Positions 38,568 through 47,650 are shown, counted from the stretch's first letter. The stretch is 63,694 nucleotides of DNA from a virus (IMGVR_UViG_3300030101_003495:1-63694), one strand, 5' to 3'. Notes: generated by a model from the letters alone, not told the origin. Made by a program: numbers and translations.

Positions 38568-39023
38568 CTATTTGTTTTGTGATTCGAGTATTAATCTTAT
38601 CGTTTCGTCGCATTCTTTTTGATTTTGTGGTTTATATATGGTAGTTGAATCTAAATTATCTAAAACATATTTTTTAAACATCTTCCATTTAATTGGAAAA
38701 CTTTCATTAGCTCTACCTTTTGTTTCTATTATAAATCCTTTACCTATAAAATCAGGTGTGTATTTAATATTAATTATATTTTTATTACCTCTGTTTTTAA
38801 AAACTCCTTTACCATTAGCACACCTTTCATATGCTGGTTGATCAAAGTTAAATCCAGGAAACAATTCAAATGTAACGCCTTCATATTTAGCTTTTATTTT
38901 AGCTTTTTTTAAGGCTATATACATATATTTTTCAAGTCCAGAAGCAAAAGTAATACCGTCATATGATATTTTTTTTGATTGTACAGGTCCTTTTTTTCGT
39001 TTATATTTAGTCTTCATGTGCAC
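38568..39023 (-). CDS. PD-(D/E)XK endonuclease (T7 endonuclease I/resolvase-like)
   Basis: F.SGLE, YE, YTPDF...IIETKG motifs. Confidence 0.8.
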   Translation of the reverse strand: MHMKTKYKRKKGPVQSKKISYDGITFASGLEKYMYIALKKAKIKAKYEGVTFELFPGFNFDQPAYERCANGKGVFKNRGNKNIINIKYTPDFIGKGFIIETKGRANESFPIKWKMFKKYVLDNLDSTTIYKPQNQKECDETIRLILESQNK

Positions 39024-39267
39024 GTTTTATCATAGCTTCTTCAATCTCATCACTTAAACAACGCTTAGCAGCTTCAATATAAAGTAGTGCATCCATTAAT
39101 TCTTCTTGTACGTCTACTAAAAATCTATTAAGATCTTTTTTTTGATGTTTAATTTCTTGCATCATAGTAGCACCATACTTTTTTTGGCCAATAAGACTAC
39201 GCTCATCCATCTTAGCTAAGACAGCTTGAACTATTTTATCTTCTGTTTTAATCCTCATCTTTAACAA
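39007..39267 (-). CDS. Small all-alpha nucleotide pyrophosphatase-like protein
   Basis: R...G.KKYG.T...QEELMDA..Y pattern. Confidence 0.5.
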   Translation of the reverse strand: MLKMRIKTEDKIVQAVLAKMDERSLIGQKKYGATMMQEIKHQKKDLNRFLVDVQEELMDALLYIEAAKRCLSDEIEEAMIKRAHED

Positions 39268-40024
39268 ATGTTCCGTTAACCATTTTACCGGTACGTTTAT
39301 TAATTACTTTATATGCTGAAGCTATACAACTTTCTATATTATAGCCTTTTAAATAAGCTAAGTTAGTTAATACAACTACAATATCACCTATTGCATCTAC
39401 AACTTCTGGCTCATCATCTTTTAATAAAGCTTTAGCAAGCTCACCACACTCTTCTTGTAGTTTTACATATTGAGTTTTAGCATCGCCTGTGGCATATATA
39501 CCTCTTGTGCTAGCCCAATCACGTATATTATTAAACATTTTTAAGGGTTTTTTACTACAAGTTTTTGTTTGTGGTGTGTGTTCTGGATTAAAATAAGCTT
39601 CATAAAAAGCTTTATTGTATATATAACATCTTTTATCGTTAAACATAGATGTTTTTGCGTTGTGTAATATCCAAGGTATGTTCTCTTTTGTTATATTAAA
39701 CTGGCCGAACTCTGTTTTCCATGTTAAACCTATGTTATTCTTTAATTGTTTTTCAAGCTCAGCGCTTGAACAAGGGAATGTTGAGGTTTGTTCTGTTGCG
39801 TTTATTTTCATTTTATTAAATAAGTTTTTATATTTTTTCATGTCTACTTTGTAGCCATAAGACTTTTGAAGTTCTATCTCCCTGTCAGATATATAGTCTA
39901 TATCTTTACTAGAATCAAGAACTTCGTACTCTCCTTCTTTATAACCTTGTATAAGTGTAACCCTTTTATTAAGATTACTTGTTACACCTATTTTTTTACC
40001 CGGTATATGATATAAATAATACAT
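39248..40024 (-). CDS. GIY-YIG-like domain fused to MazG-like NTP pyrophosphohydrolase
   Basis: N-terminal YLY...KIGVT..L..R; C-terminal KLQEECGEL...DAIGD..VVL. Confidence 0.75.
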   Translation of the reverse strand: MYYLYHIPGKKIGVTSNLNKRVTLIQGYKEGEYEVLDSSKDIDYISDREIELQKSYGYKVDMKKYKNLFNKMKINATEQTSTFPCSSAELEKQLKNNIGLTWKTEFGQFNITKENIPWILHNAKTSMFNDKRCYIYNKAFYEAYFNPEHTPQTKTCSKKPLKMFNNIRDWASTRGIYATGDAKTQYVKLQEECGELAKALLKDDEPEVVDAIGDIVVVLTNLAYLKGYNIESCIASAYKVINKRTGKMVNGTFVKDED

Positions 40025-40026
40025 AT

Positions 40027-40698
40027 TTAGAATTTTAATTTGTCGTTGTAAATGTGTAGGTTGTGTGCAAAATGATAGTATGTGCCAACTTCAATAGATA
40101 ACCTCTCTGCTACCATTTTTTGTAGCATTGAAAAACAGTATTGGTCATTGCAAAAACCATACCATAGATCATTAGAACGCATCAGAACAGCCATATTAAG
40201 AGCTGGGTTCTGTCTACCTGTTAGCTTTTGATCATATAATATAGTAAATTGTATTGCATAAGTACATGGTGTATCTTTTGCATATGTATCAATTTCTTTA
40301 CCATCATAAATAGATATTGCAGCGTGTCTAGTATCTTTTACTGTTTCTAGTTTAGCTATAACTTTATCTATTTGATCATTTCTATTCCATTGCCAACCAT
40401 AATTAGATCTTACACAACCATTGCTGTCCATCATTTTGTACCAGATTGGGGCTTTTTTAGCAATATCTTCCGCGTTAGGATTTCCTGACAGATACCAGTT
40501 CCATTCTCTTTCAGCATACGTAATATTCCAATTACGAGACTTGTTGTGTATAGAATTTTGAAGCGGGTCGTTAAGCGTAAACCCCACGTTAAATAAAGCT
40601 CTTGTATCAGCAAACTCAACACCTTCAGTAGCGATTTTAGTGTAGAAATAATTGTATGCATCACTTGCGTTATTAAAATTATTTTTTATGTTTATCAT
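40027..40698 (-). CDS. Thymidylate synthase-family enzyme, probable dCMP (hydroxy)methylase
   Basis: PCT...QF, MRSNDLWYGFCND, H....LHIY; Asp at the specificity position. ATG at 40698 preferred over 40779. Confidence 0.8.
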   Translation of the reverse strand: MINIKNNFNNASDAYNYFYTKIATEGVEFADTRALFNVGFTLNDPLQNSIHNKSRNWNITYAEREWNWYLSGNPNAEDIAKKAPIWYKMMDSNGCVRSNYGWQWNRNDQIDKVIAKLETVKDTRHAAISIYDGKEIDTYAKDTPCTYAIQFTILYDQKLTGRQNPALNMAVLMRSNDLWYGFCNDQYCFSMLQKMVAERLSIEVGTYYHFAHNLHIYNDKLKF

Positions 40699-40990
40699 AA
40701 TAATATTTTTGCATTCTTCTAACCTCTTGATGTATGTTTTCGTGTGTATATACGTTAGGAGATAGATGAGGTTTTTCACCTTTTTTATATGGTCCTAATC
40801 TTATTTCTATATACCACTCTTCTGGTTGCAAACCAGGTTTGGTAGGTACAGGACTAATTCTAACGTTATTATTTATACACCAAGAATTTATTTCATTTTC
40901 TTGTTTACTCATTGTAGGATAATTATAACTTAATCCTTTATGACTTGATTTTTTTTTGGTTCTACGTTGTTGTCTTTGATCTACTCCCAT
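40679..40990 (-). CDS. Hypothetical protein
   Basis: ORF track; overlaps both neighbours. Confidence 0.6.
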   Translation of the reverse strand: MGVDQRQQRRTKKKSSHKGLSYNYPTMSKQENEINSWCINNNVRISPVPTKPGLQPEEWYIEIRLGPYKKGEKPHLSPNVYTHENIHQEVRRMQKYYYDKHKK

Positions 40991-42687
40991 GGCATAGGTT
41001 CATTTTCTTTAACCACATTATGATGAGGTATAAAACAACCAGATGCTGCATCCCATTTAAAATGAGCTTCAGCTCCATTTTCACCTAAGTTTTGAAATTT
41101 AACCTTAAGTATTTTAGCTTTGACTGTTTTTTCTTCATAATTTCTATGTACTAATATACCATGATAACTAGCATCATACCATTCACCACCACCTTTTATA
41201 TTATACATATTAGGTTCTTCTATTTGACCGTCTTTATCTCTGTACATTTTAGTAGGATGAGCTACAATAAAAACTAATACATCAAACTTTTTAGCAAAGC
41301 TTTCTATTTTAGTAAGATATTCCATTGTATAACGATTTATATCTTCTGTTTTACTATCAACATCTCTTATTTTATTAAATGGATCTATAACTAAACATTT
41401 AATACCTTTACGTTTTACAAGCTCAGCTCCTTTTCTTAATACAGATTCAAGAGTATAACGCTCCATATCAATAAAGAAAAAATTATCATTAATATGGTTA
41501 GCAACTCTATTCCATTTATCACTTTTAATATCACCTCTTGTTGGCATACCCTGCCAAGTTTTACGCATTAATTTATGTGCGTGTAAATATGTAGGTGCGT
41601 TTTCAGGCGAAGCAAATGCTGTTTTCCAACCATAATTTATGTTATAACCAATAACCATTTGATCCACAAAATCAGATTTACCGCTACTCGGTATACCAGT
41701 AACAGTAATAAACTGCCCAGTATAAGTGCTAAATATATCATCAAAATTTTGTAAACCAACTTGATATCCTGGTTTAAACCCGTTTTCCACAAAGTCTGTA
41801 ACTTCATTTTCAATATCTTTAAATGTAGTGACATTTTCAAGAGGAACAGGTCTAGCTTGGTTAATCCTTTGAACGAGTTTTTGTTTTCCATGTTTTAATA
41901 AATATTCGTTAGCATCTTTACAGTCTTCAAACGTAGCTAAAAAACAAACTTCAGCACCAAGACGTCTTATAAGTTCTTGCTGTAATGCTTGACCAGCTTC
42001 GTCTTGATCTACTGCTAGTATTATTTTTTCTTTCTTATCAAAATAATCTATACAGTTGTCTAAATAATCTAAATTATTAGAGTTTAAAGTAGCTCCATTT
42101 GGTACAGAAACCACGTTAGGTATGCCAGCTTCATGACAAGATAAAGCGTCCATTTCTCCTTCCACAATAACACAGCTATCATAACCCACAATACTATTAA
42201 TATTGTAAAATACTTTTTCTGCTCCTTTGAATAATTTAAAATTCTTTCTACCATCTCTATATTTTATATTGATGAGCTGATCACCCATCATGTAATTAAA
42301 ATGTATAGTATTCTCTTTCTTACCGGTTTGAGGCATAAACTCAAGACCTTCACCGACCTTGAGATCGGTTAAAGTCTTTTGAGATATTCCTCTTGTATTA
42401 AACCAATCAACAACTTTACTCTGTAGAAGTTTATAAACGTATTCATCAGGTCTTGTATAGACCTTTTCACTAGCTCCTTTGCGTTGATAAGTATGTAGTT
42501 GAAAAGTAGTATTACAATTATGACAAGTACCAAGGCCACGATCCCAATCATAAGAAGCACATTTTGCTTTTTGATTTTTAGGTTTTCTTTGAGATGAACA
42601 CAGGGGACAAATCCCCTGCGTTTTTTCATCTAGACCGTATTGATTGTATTTATCAATCAAAAATCCGTTGATCTCTTGTTGTTGCAT
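40981..42687 (-). CDS. Primase-helicase (T7 gp4/Twinkle-like)
   Basis: CPLC...CHNC zinc finger, TOPRIM VEGEMD/D.D..G, Walker A GIPSSGKS, LVIDP, VAHP. Confidence 0.92.
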   Translation of the reverse strand: MQQQEINGFLIDKYNQYGLDEKTQGICPLCSSQRKPKNQKAKCASYDWDRGLGTCHNCNTTFQLHTYQRKGASEKVYTRPDEYVYKLLQSKVVDWFNTRGISQKTLTDLKVGEGLEFMPQTGKKENTIHFNYMMGDQLINIKYRDGRKNFKLFKGAEKVFYNINSIVGYDSCVIVEGEMDALSCHEAGIPNVVSVPNGATLNSNNLDYLDNCIDYFDKKEKIILAVDQDEAGQALQQELIRRLGAEVCFLATFEDCKDANEYLLKHGKQKLVQRINQARPVPLENVTTFKDIENEVTDFVENGFKPGYQVGLQNFDDIFSTYTGQFITVTGIPSSGKSDFVDQMVIGYNINYGWKTAFASPENAPTYLHAHKLMRKTWQGMPTRGDIKSDKWNRVANHINDNFFFIDMERYTLESVLRKGAELVKRKGIKCLVIDPFNKIRDVDSKTEDINRYTMEYLTKIESFAKKFDVLVFIVAHPTKMYRDKDGQIEEPNMYNIKGGGEWYDASYHGILVHRNYEEKTVKAKILKVKFQNLGENGAEAHFKWDAASGCFIPHHNVVKENEPMPWE

Positions 42688-42690
42688 AAG

Positions 42691-42999
42691 TTAAAACGGT
42701 AAGTCGTCTTCTACTTTAGTTTTAGCTGGAGCTGCTTGAGGTTGGTCTGTTCTAGGTGCAGGCTCAACGTTTTCTCCGTTAGTCCATACAACTTTACAAT
42801 TACCAAGATAAACCTTAGCAACCTTTGCTTCTCTTTCTTCTTTTGTTTGTTCTATTATAACTGGGCCTTGGTTACCAAATTGATCAACCTCATCATTAAG
42901 AGTTAAGCTGATTGGTAAGTATTTACCTTTTGCTCCAGTTATAATTTTACTTTTATCAATCTTAGTGAGATCAATACTAGTTTTAATTATTGATGCCAT
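42691..42999 (-). CDS. Putative single-stranded DNA-binding protein
   Basis: GK.GKYL...DQFGN...YLGN pattern; acidic DDLPF tail. Confidence 0.65.
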   Translation of the reverse strand: MASIIKTSIDLTKIDKSKIITGAKGKYLPISLTLNDEVDQFGNQGPVIIEQTKEEREAKVAKVYLGNCKVVWTNGENVEPAPRTDQPQAAPAKTKVEDDLPF

Positions 43000-43001
43000 T
43001 A

Positions 43002-43169
43002 TTAATATGTAGCCAATTGGTTAAACATTCTTACTAACTGTGGCTTTGTAGCTCCAGTTGTTCTACGCAAATTGTCAACTGCTTTTACATGGCTTTGATT
43101 AGTGTAAAAATTGTTAACGCTTGTGTTCATACCTGTAACATCACAGGTTCTTTTTCTAGTTCGTGCCAT
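43002..43169 (-). CDS. 55-aa hypothetical protein (MARTRKRTCDVTG...)
   Basis: Fills the gap exactly. Confidence 0.6.
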   Translation of the reverse strand: MARTRKRTCDVTGMNTSVNNFYTNQSHVKAVDNLRRTTGATKPQLVRMFNQLATY

Positions 43170-43171
43170 AA

Positions 43172-43903
43172 TTAAAGTGTTTCTGTTTTAAAAAATTGTT
43201 TAGAGTCAAAATCTTTAGTCTTAAAAAATAATTGGTATTGTGCTACTGCTTCTTTCACTTTATCTTGACCCTTTTCATAAAATGAATCGGAGCAATCGCA
43301 TATTTTAATTTGGTGAGTTATTTTATCTATAACAATAAAAACCATTTCATAGTTAAATAATGTTCTATATATAAATGCTTGGCTGTCATAATTATAACGT
43401 GAAGCTGAAAATCTAAACTTTTCTATATCTGAAGTAGTCTTCAAATCTACAATTAGTTTTTCGCTATGATTAATTATATCAGCTTTACCTTTCCACATTT
43501 CACCTTCTATCTCAGCAATACCTGGTATCTCATACTCTACTTCTCCGGTTTGAATAAGATCTTTACAGACGTTATTGGCTAAAACTTTTTCAACCATTAA
43601 TTCTATTTGATCAACCTCGTGTTGTAGTAGACATAATTCACCTTCTGAGATCTCTTTATACACTTTATTGTTCCTTGTAGCCGACTCAATAACTTTAAAG
43701 TTTTTAAGTTTGTCAGGCTCTAGTATGGCGGTGTGAAAATAACCGCCTACTAGAAACGCTGGACGTGGTTGTGATGGTTCGTACAGTGCTAAAGGATTTT
43801 TTAATAGCGTAGATATGTTTGAATTACTTAAGTATTGTTGGCCAATACCATTATAATACTCATCATCGTTTTTTAACGCTGTTAAAACCTCTTTATGTGT
43901 CAT
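43172..43903 (-). CDS. PD-(D/E)XK exonuclease (RecE/exonuclease VIII-like)
   Basis: LSNS, G..FH..ILEP, KGKAD, DLKTT, Y..QA..Y motifs. Confidence 0.82.
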   Translation of the reverse strand: MTHKEVLTALKNDDEYYNGIGQQYLSNSNISTLLKNPLALYEPSQPRPAFLVGGYFHTAILEPDKLKNFKVIESATRNNKVYKEISEGELCLLQHEVDQIELMVEKVLANNVCKDLIQTGEVEYEIPGIAEIEGEMWKGKADIINHSEKLIVDLKTTSDIEKFRFSASRYNYDSQAFIYRTLFNYEMVFIVIDKITHQIKICDCSDSFYEKGQDKVKEAVAQYQLFFKTKDFDSKQFFKTETL

Positions 43904-44419
43904 TTAGAGTGTTGTTAGTTCCTGCTCAACTTCTTTAGTTAGTGCATACTTGGCTTTAATAGTCTCTAATTTACCTCCTGCTTTAATAAACTGTTTAGCT
44001 TTAGCTATTTGATCTTTAGACATTACTCTATTGTGATCGTTAACAGCATCGCTATCCTGTGTATCATCTATTAAAAATAGATTACCAAGAGCGTATTTCT
44101 TTCCGTAACTCGATGCAGAACCAAACTGCTGAGGTGTTTGCATACCTTTCTGTAACAGATCAACGCCAACTAAAGCTGTTGCTGTAATAGAATTTTCACC
44201 ATCAGATATGGTTGCTATACTATTAAATATAGGTATAGGTTCAGAGCTAACTAGTTCTTCATCTAGTTTTACTGATACTCCTAATTCTAATAGATAGGGT
44301 TTTGTTGCTTCGAGGATGTCTTCGGCTGATCGGAAGTAGTATTTGCCGAATGAATTAAATCTTGATTTTTTAGATTTAAATTTAGTCTGAATAGTTGATA
44401 ACTTTTCGTTTATAGTCAT
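43904..44419 (-). CDS. erf: ERF-family single-strand annealing protein
   Basis: N.FGKY..RSAEDILEA.KP; Q..GSASSYGKKYAL..LF.IDD..D.D. Confidence 0.88.
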   Translation of the reverse strand: MTINEKLSTIQTKFKSKKSRFNSFGKYYFRSAEDILEATKPYLLELGVSVKLDEELVSSEPIPIFNSIATISDGENSITATALVGVDLLQKGMQTPQQFGSASSYGKKYALGNLFLIDDTQDSDAVNDHNRVMSKDQIAKAKQFIKAGGKLETIKAKYALTKEVEQELTTL

Positions 44420-44442
44420 AGGTTTATGGTTTATTCTCACTT

Positions 44443-44472
44443 ATATAATTACATATAAATAAGATGATTTAC
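44443..44472 (-). promoter_or_regulatory. Class-2 promoter candidate upstream of the recombination/replication operon
   Basis: Minus strand GTAAA-N15-GTAATTATAT. Confidence 0.55.
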
Positions 44473-44481
44473 ATATATAAC

Positions 44482-45234
44482 TTACAGATATTCAATAACT
44501 TGCGAATGATCTACACTATCAATTAGCTTTTGAACAGCTTGCTTTTTAAGCTCAGAAACTCTGACATAACCGCTAGCTCCTTTTATATTAATTTGAGGTG
44601 CAATATCTTTGGCTGAATGTTTATCACAGTCAAGACCATAAGATAATCGTAACACTTCATATTCGCTTTCATTTAAGTGTTTTTTCATCAAGCTTTTTAA
44701 ATAACTATTTAATAACCCTATATTGTAGGGCTCAGATTGATCAGGTATTTGATAAATCATATCCTCATCATCTGTAAAAGACCTAGCATCTATGCTTAAA
44801 AATATACTATTAAAAAACATTTCTACCATTTTCTTGTCTTTAGGATTTCTACGCATATCATTGAGCTTATGTTCAGGTATACGTATATCACCTCGTTTTA
44901 TATCAATAGATCTACGAATAGCTCCTTTGATACGTTTAAAAAAGAAAGATTTTAAAGTCTTTTCTTGATCTTCTGATTGTTTTAATATATCATAATCTAA
45001 TTTATCAACAGCTTTTATAAGTCCAATTGAGCCTTCTTGTATTAAATCAGTAATATCAAGAACTCCACTCGCCTGCTGTGATGTAGAAAACTTACGAGCT
45101 ATATTCTCTACTAATGGTAAAAATCTTACAATTAAATCATCTCTACTGTCAAATATTAGATCATTGTAGTCTGGCATAGAAGCTTTGATATCTTCTTTAT
45201 ACCGAATATAATTTTTAATATTATATTTTTTCAT
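44482..45234 (-). CDS. Sigma70-family RNA polymerase sigma factor
   Basis: LPLV..IARK, DLIQEG.IGLIKAVDK (region 2); L...E..VL.L.YGL and RVS.L...A..KL (region 4). Confidence 0.88.
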   Translation of the reverse strand: MKKYNIKNYIRYKEDIKASMPDYNDLIFDSRDDLIVRFLPLVENIARKFSTSQQASGVLDITDLIQEGSIGLIKAVDKLDYDILKQSEDQEKTLKSFFFKRIKGAIRRSIDIKRGDIRIPEHKLNDMRRNPKDKKMVEMFFNSIFLSIDARSFTDDEDMIYQIPDQSEPYNIGLLNSYLKSLMKKHLNESEYEVLRLSYGLDCDKHSAKDIAPQINIKGASGYVRVSELKKQAVQKLIDSVDHSQVIEYL

Positions 45235-45847
45235 TGTCCTTATTTAAAAGTTCTTTTTCTCGTTTAAGATTACTACCCATTGTTCTATAAACAGTTCTAC
45301 TAGAACAATCTAGTAAGCCTGCTATTTTACCAATCGTAATCTTCTTACCAATATCATGTAACTCTAACATGCATTGATAGATCATCTCTTCATTTATTAA
45401 TCTATCTCGGCCTATTAATTGGCCTACGATACTTAACTTCTCTTTCATGGTTAAACCAGTAAAATCTTTAAATATAACTTTACGTAGTTTATTTTTAGGT
45501 GGTTGTTTAAGTTCTGTTAAAGTAACATCGTCAATCATATTAACTAAATATTTATCTAACATAGTGAACGTAACAAACCCGTTACTTTTTGTAGCTATAT
45601 GTCTAGCTAGCTCTTCAAACTCTTTAATAGAAAGTTGAGGATTTAAATACCACAGCACTAATAAGTGCCATTTAAGGGATCTAAAAGTATTTATCTTAGC
45701 TTTGCTTCTAAATAACTCATAGCATTCATGTGTGCCATATTTATAATAATAACCCCATTTATATACCTCTGTAGGTTTATCATTAATAGGATCACGCCGA
45801 TAAATTATCTTATGTTTATTTAAAAACTTAAGTCTTAAATGTGACAT
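45221..45847 (-). CDS. HTH DNA-binding protein, candidate replication initiator or regulator
   Basis: C-terminal ITIGKIAGLLDCSSRTVYR helix-turn-helix. Confidence 0.7.
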   Translation of the reverse strand: MSHLRLKFLNKHKIIYRRDPINDKPTEVYKWGYYYKYGTHECYELFRSKAKINTFRSLKWHLLVLWYLNPQLSIKEFEELARHIATKSNGFVTFTMLDKYLVNMIDDVTLTELKQPPKNKLRKVIFKDFTGLTMKEKLSIVGQLIGRDRLINEEMIYQCMLELHDIGKKITIGKIAGLLDCSSRTVYRTMGSNLKREKELLNKDNEKI

Positions 45848-45884
45848 TAGCCTCTTACTCTTTATATCTTATTACCTATTGTCA
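45838..45884 (-). promoter_or_regulatory. TGACA-N33-TGTCA element overlapping the HTH gene start
   Basis: Homologous to 51110-51159; the right arm contains the ATG. Confidence 0.6.
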
Positions 45885-46178
45885 TACAGGCTCAGGAATT
45901 GTTTCATTCCACCTTATTGTATCGTATTTACGAAGTTTCTGTGAATATTTCTGAATTAATTGAGCTTTGTGTACTAAGTTATCCCAATGTTTTAGTCTAT
46001 CTTCACGGGTTTTAATTATAGATTTAGGCCCATGTATTAACGTATAATTTGTTATTTCACATCTAAGCTCCCATATTCTATCCCATAAATATTCTTCGTG
46101 CTTATTTATTCTTTTTAAATCTTTGTACGCTTTTTTTATGTCTATTCTCATGTTTCTTTTTTGGTTTTCTTCTTGCAT
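45882..46178 (-). CDS. Hypothetical protein
   Basis: ORF track. Confidence 0.6.
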   Translation of the reverse strand: MQEENQKRNMRIDIKKAYKDLKRINKHEEYLWDRIWELRCEITNYTLIHGPKSIIKTREDRLKHWDNLVHKAQLIQKYSQKLRKYDTIRWNETIPEPV

Positions 46179-46219
46179 TTATACCGAATAAATCAGTATT
46201 AATAATGTGGTTATATAAT

Positions 46220-46447
46220 TTATATCTGCTCATGTTTTAAAAATATTATTATTTTACTTAGTGTACCTGCCATAACTCCTGTCATTATATCTATATTGTC
46301 CATATAATGCTGAGAGTATATGCTTATACCGTCTAATATAATCATTAAAGGCATTAATAATGCAAACATAATTATGTGTTTTCCAAGTTGTATTACTATG
46401 TAGCCTGTTAAGCTCATTAACAATGTTATTATGAGTATTGTTTTCAT
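46220..46447 (-). CDS. Small membrane protein
   Basis: Highly hydrophobic; ATGA-coupled to the ligase gene. Confidence 0.55.
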   Translation of the reverse strand: MKTILIITLLMSLTGYIVIQLGKHIIMFALLMPLMIILDGISIYSQHYMDNIDIMTGVMAGTLSKIIIFLKHEQI

Positions 46448-47292
46448 TCGTAGTTACGTATTGCTTTGAATAATGGGTGACGGTATGAACCTGATGGTGT
46501 GCGTTGGAAGTATGTAAATGTAGCTGTTTTGCCGATATACCACTCAGCTATATCGTACATCTCTTCGAGCATTGATTGTTTGCCCATAACAGGCATACCG
46601 AATTTAACACCGTTGGAATCTACAGCAAGGAACTTACCGATAGTACCGGTACGTTTACCTTGGCCTTCAACCCAGCCAACAATCGTAGCCTCTGTGTCGT
46701 GAAAGTCTTTGAACTTTTGTAGATTATAAGAACGTTTTTGTTCGTAAGGCTTGTTGTAACGTAGTATTGAGCCTTCATAGCCATCATTTAAGTTAAGTTG
46801 ATGGTTGTATTTTGCAGCATCTAAGCTGAGTACAGCTTGAAATGGCACTGATTTAGTATATTTAAGATCAAATAAATCAATGATTTCAGATATATCACAG
46901 CTGCGTTGATAGTATTTATCAGCTGGTATCATAGGGTTGAACATGTCATAACAGTGAAACTGCACGAGAGATTGTGCTTCGCTCATATCTATAAGCGTAG
47001 GTTTTTGCTTACGTACGAGAGATATTATCTTGTTAAAGTTATCTTTAAGCTTATGGTTGTATAGCTCACCATCGAGAATAATATCTGGGTATTTATGAAA
47101 GACATGTTCTAAATCCCTAAGTATATGGTCTATATTGTGAAAAGGTTTGTGGTTACGACTGAAAGCACCGGTTGATGTAATGTAACATCTTACACCGTCA
47201 AGCTTTGGCTGAATATAAGTATCAGACCAGTCGGTTTGTTTTTTGCCTACAGGATGTGCAAGCATGCACTCAAATTGTTTTTTGGTTTTCAT
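46444..47292 (-). CDS. ATP-dependent DNA ligase (minimal)
   Basis: KLDGVR, LDGEL, YD, EG..LR, K.K motifs and RHP.F OB-fold end. Confidence 0.9.
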   Translation of the reverse strand: MKTKKQFECMLAHPVGKKQTDWSDTYIQPKLDGVRCYITSTGAFSRNHKPFHNIDHILRDLEHVFHKYPDIILDGELYNHKLKDNFNKIISLVRKQKPTLIDMSEAQSLVQFHCYDMFNPMIPADKYYQRSCDISEIIDLFDLKYTKSVPFQAVLSLDAAKYNHQLNLNDGYEGSILRYNKPYEQKRSYNLQKFKDFHDTEATIVGWVEGQGKRTGTIGKFLAVDSNGVKFGMPVMGKQSMLEEMYDIAEWYIGKTATFTYFQRTPSGSYRHPLFKAIRNYE

Positions 47293-47531
47293 ATATTATA
47301 TCGGTTTTTAATTGTGGTTATTTTCTTTTGTATTATACTAGCTTTTTCATATTCTTCATCAGCTTCATATCGTGACAATAGGTTATTAAGCCTATCTAGT
47401 TCCATTAGTATAAGATCTGTTTCATCAATAGAATTTGTTTTCATTTCACTAGAATATTCTCTAATAAAAGTTTCAACAACTTCTTTAGCAACTGCTTTAG
47501 CTATTTTATTTATTTCTTTATCGGTTAGCAT
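47289..47531 (-). CDS. Hypothetical protein (UVR-like C-terminus)
   Basis: EEYEKASIIQKKI; directly after a class-1 motif. Confidence 0.65.
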   Translation of the reverse strand: MLTDKEINKIAKAVAKEVVETFIREYSSEMKTNSIDETDLILMELDRLNNLLSRYEADEEYEKASIIQKKITTIKNRYNI

Positions 47532-47536
47532 GTGTA

Positions 47537-47570
47537 TATATTATCTATTTGTATTCGTATTTAGTTTGTA
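47537..47570 (-). promoter_or_regulatory. Class-1 early promoter copy 1 (TACAAACTAAATACGA-N8-AGATAATATA)
   Basis: Four copies with invariant arms and spacer length, each upstream of a minus-strand ATG. Confidence 0.8.
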
Positions 47571-47571
47571 G

Positions 47572-47644
47572 TTGCGTGGGAAGGATTCGAACCTCCGACC
47601 TTTGGGTTATGAGCCCAACGAGCTGGCCACTGCTCTACCACGCT
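47572..47644 (-). tRNA. tRNA-Met(CAT), initiator (fMet) type
   Basis: Cloverleaf; anticodon arm TTGGG-CTCATAA-CCCAA with three consecutive G-C pairs; 1:72 mismatch (A.A); CCA not encoded. Confidence 0.92.
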
Positions 47645-47650
47645 ATTTTT

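Noticed and set aside
42369-42629. Nested TM ORFs in primase (also 41637-41891, 40431-40664, 15392-15607, 3468-3752)
   Set aside because: Same +1-frame hydrophobic artefact with little codon-usage shift in the host gene.
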